This document shows, piece by piece, positions 43,260 to 53,792 of a stretch of DNA of 64,000 nucleotides. The stretch spans positions 64,001-128,000 of IMG/VR virus record IMGVR_UViG_3300025000_000061; one strand, written 5' to 3'. The notes under the pieces were generated by a model. The model was not told the origin of the DNA. It was given only the letters and a program-made list of their open reading frames with translations, and ran no database searches. Within the stretch, counting starts at the first letter, position 1. Every line of letters starts with the position of its first letter. The stretch comes from a virus. The position numbers and the translations under genes are program-made.

Positions 43260-46200
43260 ATGAAACAAAGAATCACACCACAACAACTTAATGAATTATC
43301 ACCTACACAAAAATCAAACTTATTTAATTGGTGGAAATCAAAAGGAATTAAAATGGGAGATATTTATTATTTAAATGTTAACGGAGAAGAATCTGTTAGA
43401 TGCATTCTTTTTGATTGTGATGGGTTAAGTTTTGAAGGGACGAAAGTAAATTATAAATATTATCCATTATTAAATATTGGTCAAATGATTGAATTATTAG
43501 ATGATTTAAATGCACCTTTAGTCAGAGTAAATGGAGTAAATAAATTATGTGATTTTCTTTGGAAAGAAATTAAAGAGATATTAAAATAAAGTTTATAAGG
43601 AGATTAATTAACATGAAAAAGACAATTGAATTCACAGCAATTAATTCTGGCGATCAAGAATGTTTCTGTTGGAATGTTGATATAGAAACATTTAAAAGAA
43701 TAAAAGGTAGAGAACCAGATGTATTTGATTATGTTAAAATAGATAGAACAGATATTGATAACTATAAACCAATAGGAGATAAAATTAAATTATATCCAAA
43801 TGATATTTTTAAGGGTGAAAAAATTAAAATAAAAATTGAAGTAGAAATATTAGAAGTAATATGTAGTGATTGTGGTAAAGTATTAAAACTATCAGAATTA
43901 AAACCACCTAATAAATATGAATAACATAATGATTATTATTGTGATGATTGTTTAAATACTTGTTCTGTATGTGGAGAATTATTTGCAGATTATTATAATG
44001 AAGGTAAATGTGATAGTTGTGCAGATTAATAATAAAAAGGAGATTAATTTACTATGAATGATATTTTAACTAAACAAATAGATATTATAATGAACAATAA
44101 AAAATCAATTAAAGAAAAAATGACTAAACTATTCAAAGAAGAAATAGAAGAAGATGAAAAACTAAGTAAAATTGAAGACACCTTGAATATATCTATTTCA
44201 ACTTGTAAAACATGTCGTGGTACTGGTGAAATTTCTGATAGTAGTGGTTATGGTGGATGTTCAGTATCATATTATTCATGTAGTAAATGTAATGGTAAAG
44301 GTTATATAATTAAAGAGAAGGGAGAAAATTAATATGGAAAATTTAGAAACACAAGTTTTAAAAAGAATACAAAATATAGATTTAAATATGCTTAATAATA
44401 TTATTGATAAGTTAGCAATGTATGGAATTATATTTTATAATAATTATGGAGAATTTGAGTTTAATAAATTCAAAAATGATTGTTATAAAACACATAAATT
44501 ATTGTATAAAAATAATAAACCAGATCCAGATATAGGAATTAAATATCAACTATGTGATTTTATGAGTGCAATTCAATCTATCGTTGGGATAAGAAATTTA
44601 GCAGAGTTTATGGGTAAAAAATTGAAATATACTATCTATATAGAAAGAAGGTTTTAATCATACGAAAAATTAAAAGTAGTTTAATAGATGATAAACACAA
44701 AGATGATGAAGAAATAGAAAATGAAAAACAATACATAGAAAATGAAGATGATTCAAGTAGTGAAGAATCCACATCGCAAAGCAAATGTCCTAACCTAATC
44801 ACAGAAATAATTAAAACTAAATGGAAAGTAAATGAAGGACTTGAAAGTGAATATGAAATATATATGGAGTATCCAAGAAGTACGTGTAAAGATAATTCAG
44901 TAAAAGGCATAGTCGGTTGTTGCGGTGTTTTAAAATGGTGTGATAAAAAATTAAAGAAAGATAAAAAAGAAGGAAATGAAAAAGATAGTAAGTTAGTAGA
45001 AGAAATTAAGAAGGTTAAGAAAAAACAAAAAGAAAATAATAAAGGAGATTAAATATATGAGAAAAATATCAACAATTATTACAAATGAAGATCAATTGAA
45101 AAATCCTGTTATGGTTTATTCTGTAATTATACAATGGATGCGTGAAGCAGGTGAAGATTTAATAGATACTAATGAAAGTTTTATTAATGGAAAAGATATT
45201 CTTCAATGGATGCTTAATAAAGATATTGTAACTAAAGAAAAATATAATTATATTATTCAAAATAATGAAACTTGGATACAGGATTTATTATTAGGGTATG
45301 AAACTGGATTGTTAAATGGAGAATGTGATTTTCCTTCTAATTATAAAGCATATCAAATTATTTCTGAATATATATCAGAATCAAAAGAATTAAGAGAAAA
45401 ATTTATATATTATTTTTGCACAAGTTTTGATGAAGATAATGGAGATGAAAGTAGAGGATTTATGGGTGGAAGTTATGATGCAGAAGATGGATATCCAATT
45501 TGCTCTCATATTCTAGAATATGACTTACAAACAGATACAATGACAAAAGAAGAATGGTTAAAACAAAAATGGAATGCAGATATTTCATTTACTGATGAAT
45601 ATAATTATTTAAAAGAAATGAGTTTTAAAGAAGCAGATAAATTGAGTGAAGAATTAAATAATTAAAATTAATTAATAAAAAGGAGAATTATCATGAACAA
45701 TTATCTACAAACAATCATAAACAAATACAATGAATTTGATACATATTTAAACACTATCAACATTAATGATTTTAAACAATATTCCAGAGAAGAATTAACT
45801 AAATTCGCAAAAGAATTGCCTTCATATTTTTCATTTAGATATTTAACATCGGAAATAAATGAAATCATTGAAGAAAAGAAATTACAAGAATATCCTGAAT
45901 TACTTGGTGTACATCATTATCCAGAAATAAAAGAATTAAATTTTATATCTGAAGAAGATAAGATTAAACTAGATGATTTTTTAGTAGAATGGGGATGGAA
46001 TTCTTATTTGCATGAATACACTCCTAAATTTCGCAATATATTTAAAGAATATAAACTTGAAATTGTTAATAAAATACTAGACTTTTTAGTATCAAAACAA
46101 ATATTAGATAAATATTATAAGATGTATATATGTTGTGATTATATTATTGTAGATGAAGAAAAAATCAATAAATATTTAAGAGCGTTTGAATTAAATGAAC

Positions 46201-46400
46201 GTATTGATTTATCAGAAGAAGAAAGAGAAGAACATTGTGAATTATATAATAGATTAGATTATCTTAATTTTGTTGATTTTTGTCCTGAATGTGATAATGA
46301 GGTTGAAATTACAAAAGAATTAATCATGGAAACAGTTAATAATCCATCTTATTTGTATAAGATCATTAAACAAAGAGATAAAACTTATGATAATGTTTAA
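43260..46400 (+). CDS. Hypothetical genes (43260-43589, 44054-44332 with DnaJ-type CxxCxGxG zinc finger, 44334-44657, 44660-45052 with ATA start, 45057-45665, 45693-46400)
   Basis: RBS-led ORFs; CKTCRGTG and CSKCNGKG in 44054. Confidence 0.7.
43613..44029 (+). pseudogene. Zn-ribbon protein with an in-frame TAA at 43922-43924
   Basis: CSDC precedes the stop; the frame continues with CDDC, CSVC and CDSC to TAA at 44029. Confidence 0.7.
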
Positions 46401-46418
46401 AGGAGTGAAAAATTATTT

Positions 46419-46793
46419 ATGTATTACTTTGTAAGTATCAAAAATTTCGATAATCAAATTTTACATCCTCGTATACCTAAAAATAGAATGAACAATGAAG
46501 ATGAAGAAATTGAAAGGATATGTGTATCTCAATCTATAGATGGTTGTCTTGTTGCTACATATTATGGTGTAGGAGATATAATTTATGTTCATACTTGTGA
46601 ATCAGATAAAGTCATATCTCCTACACCTGAACAAGTTGAAGATGCTCCATTTACTGGTGAACAATGGATTATTGAGCCAGTTGAAATGAAATTATTTATG
46701 AAGTTAGAAATAACTGAAAAAATTGATAGAGTTATTGGGAATGCTGATTTAAGTATTGATACATATCGTTATCGTGTTTATAATGATGAATAA
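46419..46793 (+). CDS. Conserved phage protein, possibly ADP-ribosyltransferase-like fold
   Basis: PRIP...ED...RICVS.SIDGCL...DA..TGE.W pattern. Confidence 0.4.
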   Translation: MYYFVSIKNFDNQILHPRIPKNRMNNEDEEIERICVSQSIDGCLVATYYGVGDIIYVHTCESDKVISPTPEQVEDAPFTGEQWIIEPVEMKLFMKLEITEKIDRVIGNADLSIDTYRYRVYNDE

Positions 46794-46827
46794 AAGTATA
46801 ATATAATAATAAACAAGGAGTTTAAAC

Positions 46828-47205
46828 ATGTTATACACAACATATTTCAGTAAAATGAATAAACTATCTGACAATGTAAAGAAACTTGCAATCACAAGAT
46901 TTCCACCAAAATCATTTAATCCAAATAAATATCCTAACACTTACGTAGTTAAAGATTTAGCACCTTATGCAGAAATACTTTTAGATTATAAAAAAGATAA
47001 TGATTGGGGTAGGTATATTGAAAGGTTTAATTTGCAGATGCAAAAAGACGAAAAAATGATTGTTTGTTTAGATAAATTATATTTAAAACTATCACAAGGT
47101 AAAGATTATGCTTTAATATGTTATGAAAAAGATTATATTCATTGTCATAGATACCTGATTGCAAAATATTTAGAAAGTAAAGGGATTAAGTGGAAGGAAA
47201 TTTAA
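46828..47205 (+). CDS. DUF488-family protein
   Basis: YTTYF, LAP, Y..RF, LICYEK...CHR motifs. Confidence 0.75.
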   Translation: MLYTTYFSKMNKLSDNVKKLAITRFPPKSFNPNKYPNTYVVKDLAPYAEILLDYKKDNDWGRYIERFNLQMQKDEKMIVCLDKLYLKLSQGKDYALICYEKDYIHCHRYLIAKYLESKGIKWKEI

Positions 47206-47266
47206 AAAATACCATATTACGAAAATACGGAAAACATTATAAATAAAGGGTTTGTAAGCATCAAAA

Positions 47267-47294
47267 TCGTGTCCAAACCGACATTTTGACATGA
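47267..47294. repeat. 28-bp 11-6-11 boundary site
   Basis: TCGTGTCCAAA-CCGACA-TTTTGACATGA. Confidence 0.7.
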
Positions 47295-47449
47295 TTTATT
47301 AGAAAAGTTGGTAAATAATACATAAAATAAATACTCTCTTCCGAAGGATTGTATACTATTACATATTATGCTTCTCTCACCAACTCCTCTAATGGAATTA
47401 TAACCATATTAGGAAGAAAGTATTCTGGTAAATATAAGGAGATGATATT

Positions 47450-49315
47450 ATGGAATTAGTAAGAGCATATAAACTTGAAAAATATATGGAGATAAAAATA
47501 AACAAAAATCTATTTGAAAATAAATTTAAGTTTCTTAATTATCCCAAAAAATATAAATTAGGTGCAGATTTAACACTAGATGCTAATTTATTTTATGGTT
47601 TAAATAATGATGATTTAAAATTTAAAATGATAATAAATATGAAAGAATTTGATAACTTTGATATTGTTGTTAGATTAATTAGTTGGGATTGGTTTGAAAA
47701 GAATTCAGACTATATTATTAGAATTTTAAAAACAAATAAAAATGAAAAAGTAGATTTTCAAGAAGAAATGAAATATTTAAAATGTAGAGTATTATAATAT
47801 TAGAAAGGATGTACCATATATGTTTAAATGGTTAAATAGAAAGTTTACTAAAAACTACACTGAAGTACCTTTATTATTGGTGGAATTTGACTTAGATAAG
47901 TATAAAACAAATGGTGCAAAAAATTCATGCATGATTAGAATTCATCCTGAATTAAAAGGTGATAAATACATTCAAACAGAAATAAATAAAGTTATTGACT
48001 ATATCAGAGAAAATTATGATATGGAAAAATTAAGTAAGTAAATCTTTCATTTATAATAAGTAGGAGGTAATAATTATAAAAGAAATACTTTTAGAAGTAT
48101 GGGTGACTGTAGAATCAAAAGAAATTGCAAAAGAAATTGCACATGATATTCATGAAATATTAAATGATAATGGTATAACTAATAATATAAATGTAACAGA
48201 TGAAAAATATGAAAATTAAATTTTTTAAGGAGATAATATTATGACATTTTTAAGATATTGCCCTTATTGTGGTGGATTAAATCATGAATCAATAGAAACA
48301 GATAACTTATATGAAGAAAAATTTATATGTTTGGATTGTGGTAAAGAATTTATTGATTATAGTTAGTGAGGTATCTATATGACAGATAAAGAAAAACTAA
48401 ACTTTAAAGAAAAATATCAAAATAATCCTGTTGCTTTTGTTGAAGATTTTTATAATATAAAATTACATACTTGGCAGAAAACATTGTTAAAAGCTATAAT
48501 TGCAAAAGATAAAATTGTTTCGCATTTTATTCCTTATAGATATGGGAAAGCAATACTACAAAAAGGACAATTAGAGTACATGAAAGCAATGGAAATGGAT
48601 TTTAATATATTGACTAAAGATGGTATTGAAGTATATGAAAAAGGTATATTAGTTAAAAAATATTAAACATGATGATAATAAATTATATTAAAAAGGGGTT
48701 AATAATATGAATTGTTGTAATAAACAATGTAGTTACAAAGAATTAAATGGTGGAGATGAAATTTCAGATTTTTATTATTGTAAATATGTTGGTGTAACAA
48801 TGGATAGAGGAAATGAGAAATGTTTATTAGATAGATTTGAACGAGAAGCATATCAAGAAGCATTAGAACAATTCAAAACATCTAAAGAATTTGCTTTTGC
48901 TGACGAAAATCTAAGAATGGAAGAATTTTATAATACAGCAATTATAGCACTTGAAAAACAAATACCGATGAAAGTAAAATACCCAATTAATATAAATGGA
49001 AAATGTTATGAATTAGTTACATATTGCTTTTCATGTGGTGAAAAAGTTAAAGATATGAAATATTGTTGTAACTGTGGACAGAGGTTGGATTGGGAGATAT
49101 AAAAATATAAAGAAGGAGGATTAATTAATATGTATTTTGTAAGTTACAGTTGTGGAGGGGAAGAATTATTATTATGTAAATCATATCCTAGTAAAGCAAT
49201 AATATTTAACGATATAGAAAATGCTAAAATTGCAATTTCACAAGAAATTAATAGAGATGAATTTAGATTGAAACATAATTATAAAATATTAAAGATTGTT
49301 TGCGAACAAAAATAA
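47450..49315 (+). CDS. Hypothetical genes (47450-47797, 47820-48041, 48076-48219 with ATA start, 48241-48366, 48379-48666, 48707-49102 Zn-ribbon, 49130-49315)
   Basis: RBS-led ORFs; ALEKQIP...CGQRLDW motif in 48707. Confidence 0.65.
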
Positions 49316-49325
49316 TTAAAGGAGA

Positions 49326-49538
49326 ATGAATAATATGGATACAGTATTTGCTCCCATACTACAATTTGAATATACAAACTGGAAAGGTGAAACAAGTTTA
49401 AGAAAAGTTATTCCTTATAAATTTTGGTTTGGTAGTACAGAATTTCATAAAGAAGAACAATGGATGTTACATGCTTATGATATTGATAAGGGTGAAGAAC
49501 GAAATTTTGCATTGAAAGATGTGATTAGGTTTTTATAA
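49326..49538 (+). CDS. Stand-alone WYL-domain protein
   Basis: YTNWKGE...R.V.P...WML.AYD....R.F.L..V. Confidence 0.8.
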   Translation: MNNMDTVFAPILQFEYTNWKGETSLRKVIPYKFWFGSTEFHKEEQWMLHAYDIDKGEERNFALKDVIRFL

Positions 49539-49551
49539 GGGGTGATGAATT

Positions 49552-52500
49552 ATAAATAAAAATATTCCTATAGAGTGTGAAAATTGCTTATGCTTTAATT
49601 GCAAAAAGAAAAATATATGTAATATATGTATATATTGTTTAAATATAGAGTATCATCCTATTTATGATTGTGAGGAGGTTAATTAATATGGTCAATAAAA
49701 TACTTAAGGATAAATTAGAAAAAAGGATTATTAAAAGTCAAGAAGAAATTAAACAAAATCAAATATTAATAAAATTAATTGATTCATATCCAGATTTAAA
49801 AATATACTCTAATAGATGGAATAAAGAATACTTTTATTCCAAATTAATTAATGAGATAGTTACAGATGTTGAATTTGCTAATGGTTGTGGATGTTGTGCA
49901 GACACTCCTTTATATGCAAAGTTTTTTGTTGATATTGATGGGATTAAGGTATATGCTGATCCTGTTGAAATATGTATAGGAGAAGGTAGTTATAATGGTA
50001 GTGGGTATATTAATACGGAAACATGGAGAGATATATTAGTAGCATTAAGTATTAATAAAAATATATTTAATAAAGTAGAAAAATATTTAGAAGATAATAA
50101 ATTTGAACCATATGAAGATGATGAAGATTAAGGAGAATAAAATAATATGCAAAAACTATTAGTTAATAAAAAAGACAAACAAAATTTCTATTATAAGATA
50201 GATAATTTTATTAATAAAAATATAAAAATTAATCCAGATAGTTATTTATCTAATAAAATAGAATCATATGAAGAATTAAAAAATCGTATTATTGAAAAAT
50301 TAAATAATGCTAGAATTGACGATACTATTTTTATTTATAGTGAAGATGTAATAGATAATTCAAGAATTTATATTAAACCATTTTTAATATTTGAATGTAT
50401 AGGAAAACACAATGTAATTATAGAAGTAGGAATAAGTAAAGATAATTGGTATAGGATAGATGATGACACTGAAGAAAAAATATTAATTTCTAAATATAAT
50501 GAATTAAATATTAAATATAAATATGAATCACAAAAATATGACGATTATGCTTTACACAATAAAATATTAGAATTTTATAAACAAATAATGTTGCTTAATT
50601 TTAATACAAAAATGATTGCTACATTAGATGAATATTTAAAATTTTCATTATATGAAAGTTATAGATATACATCGTATAATTATAAAGATGTGCTTAAACA
50701 AGAATTAAATATTAAACCAAAAAATTATGAGCATCAAAATGAATTAATAAAAAAAATATTACCAAGAATGATTAACAATCTAAAAAATATTATTAAAAAT
50801 AAAAAAATAGATTATGATGAATTAGATTACAAAACTCAATCAATAGAATGGAAAGAATATAAAATATGAGGTGCAGTATATGAATGATAAAATAGATTAT
50901 AGATATAGAATTATAGTAGAAAAACTTAATAGTAAATTAAGTTATAATAAAGATAAGAAAGATATTGATTCTGCTGTGGTGAATTGTATTGAAGAATTTA
51001 ATAAAAATAATAAATATAATTATATTATTAATGATTTATCTGAAGATTATTGGAAACGCAAAGAGATAATATTTACTAATAATTATATTTGCCCTGACGT
51101 ACATATGCTAATTAGTTGGGATACTATATATTGGCAGGTTAAAGAAATATATTATACATATGAAAAATCAGAAATTCAATCATATCAAGATAGATTGATT
51201 AATTTATTATCAGAAATACTTTTGTATTGTTATATGTTAGACATAAGAGGAGAAAAAATACATTTAAATTTGGATTGCAATAAGGATTTATGTATATGGA
51301 ATGATAAAACTATAATAAAAATTATGAGTAATAAAAATGATTATATTAGTATAGAAAATATAGATTTATTATGGAAAAATATTGATGATTATAAGAATAT
51401 ATTAACTAAACTTATGAAGATTAGATATTATTTAAAATCAAAATTGAAAGGTAAGTAATTAACATGAAAACAGGAAAAAAAATAATACTTAAATATTGTA
51501 ATAATATTAAAACTGGTGATATAGATCATTTGCAAGCATCTATAGATATTAAAAATGCGTTAAGGAAAAACATCATTGATAAAACATATTTAATAAGTCA
51601 TTGTCCTAGTGCATTTGGATTAGATGATTTTATTGGTGAATGTGAAAAGGAATATGTATCAACATATTCTAAGCAAATTAAACAATGTAAATTATGTTGG
51701 GATAGAGCATTAGAATATAAAAAGTAGATTATATCAAAATAAGAAAAGGAGGTTTACTTATGGATAAATTAATTAGGCAAGCAAAACAATATATAAAAGA
51801 CAATAATGGTTTAGTAGAAATTAAAGAACTTACAAAATGGAAATCACAAGGAATTATAAAAGGTATTCGTAAAGTAGCATTTTCTTCATTTATGTTTGAT
51901 AAATACGTTATTTTTGCAGATGATACTTATGAAACTATTTGGGTTTAATACTAATATATTTTAAGATTGGAGGTGAATATTATGAACGAATTAATGAGTA
52001 TTATTCTTAATGATGAGAAATTAAATAATATGTATAATACAGATGCGATATTTCATACAGCAATTGAAACAGCAATTATTAATAATTTATCAGTAAAAGA
52101 ATCTCTAATTTTTGCAATTAAGTGTTTATATGAATCTAAAGAAGCATTAATGAAAATATAAAACTGGTTATAAATGGTGTAAGAATTTAATCTTAATGAT
52201 AAAGGAGAGATATAAATATGACTAATAAAGATAAACAAATTGATTCAAAATGGAATAAAAGAATAAATAAACATAAAAGATATAAGAAAATTTATTCATG
52301 GATTATTAAAAAACTTGCATTGCATTTACTTAAAACAAGTAATTATTTAAAAGAGGAAGATTTAATACATAAAGAATTAACTATTACATATAATCCTGAA
52401 GGTTTTGACACCTATCCGTCATGTAAAAGTAATTTAAAACAATGGTGCTATAGTAATAAGAAAAAATATATTGGTAGATTTGCCGAATATGGTGTGTATG

Positions 52501-53176
52501 GAGATAGTGAAGAAGAAGTTTATTTAAATGTTATTAACGTAATATTATTTAAACAATATAGGTATCCATTTTGTTAATTTGAAATTATTTGATTAAACAT
52601 AGAAAGGAGGTTTTATAATATAAAACCATTTATCAAGTATAGAAAGATAATAGGTTATATATTAACTTCATTATCTTTAGCTATTACATTATTTATTGTA
52701 ATATTATTAGCAAAACCAAATAATCTATATACAATGTTTACTATAGGTGCTATATGTCAAGCATGTTTTATAATTGGTATAAGTTTTGTTACAACAGAAA
52801 TGGAGTTAGAGATTAAACAATTAAAAAATAAAAAAAAAGAGGATAAAATATGCCTATACAATTTTGTTTTAAATGTTTTTCACCAACTAATTCAAAATAT
52901 TATGTAAGTATGAAAGTATTATGTGGTGAATGTGCAAAACTTCATGGAGAAGAAGAAATTAAGGAATTAAATAAACAAAAAGAAGAAATTAATAATAAAA
53001 TACAAAATATAAGAAAACAAATAAACGAAGCAATTATAGCAGATTGTAAACATGAAAATGCATTCGACACTAATTATGGATTTGTTACTAAAGATGGATT
53101 TACTACTATATGGAGATGTCCTGATTGTGATTTTACTTTTAATAAATTACATGAATTTAAAAGAGGTGATATATAA
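49552..53176 (+). CDS. Hypothetical genes (49552-49686 ATA start, 49688-50131, 50147-50869, 50871-51458, 51464-51727, 51760-51948, 51982-52161, 52218-52577, 52620-52907 ATA start, 52850-53176)
   Basis: ORFs with no recognisable function, most RBS-led. Confidence 0.65.
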
Positions 53177-53781
53177 TACTTCTAAACGAAAATTATAATA
53201 AAAACGAATCAAGAGAACATTATGAATTAAAGCAAATTTCAAAATACATACTATTTTCAAAAGGTTACAACTGTATAGCAACCGAAGTACAATTCCCTAA
53301 ACAATCTTATTATCTTAGAGACTATGATTGGTTTAATTCTAAAGCAATAACTAAAAATATTATTGATGTAATAGGAATCAAAGGCAATCTACTAAATCTT
53401 AGAGAGAATAATGTGGATGGTTACAAAGTTATGGGTATCGAGGCAAAAGCAAGTTATCAAGATTTTCTAAATGGATTTTGTTGTCAATGTGAATATACAT
53501 ATTTGATTGCACCGATAGGGGTTATACCTGTTGAAAAACTTCCACCCAAAATTGGTCTTATTGAATGCAATCTTGAAAAATATACTATTAAAAATAGAGT
53601 AAATAAATTTGAATTCAAAGGTATTGTTACAACTAAGCAATGCTCAAGCAGAAGAAAAGAAATATATAAAAGGGATGATATTTATAGAGTAGATACTTTA
53701 AATATCTTAAGAAAAATTGCATATCGCAACACTATCAACGATTTATTTAAGAAAAATGAAATATTAATTAAAGGATTATAG
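53173..53781 (+). CDS. PD-(D/E)xK nuclease-fold protein (MmcB-like), ATA start
   Basis: Open 80 codons upstream of the track start; TEV...IDVIG...IEAKAS..DF...TYLIAP...GLI. Confidence 0.7.
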   Translation: MILLNENYNKNESREHYELKQISKYILFSKGYNCIATEVQFPKQSYYLRDYDWFNSKAITKNIIDVIGIKGNLLNLRENNVDGYKVMGIEAKASYQDFLNGFCCQCEYTYLIAPIGVIPVEKLPPKIGLIECNLEKYTIKNRVNKFEFKGIVTTKQCSSRRKEIYKRDDIYRVDTLNILRKIAYRNTINDLFKKNEILIKGL

Positions 53782-53792
53782 AGGAGGAAATT

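Noticed and set aside
4390-44029. Stop-codon reassignment suggested by two in-frame TAA stops
   Set aside because: TAA is the main terminator here, TAG and TGA also end genes normally, and the long conserved genes are uninterrupted.
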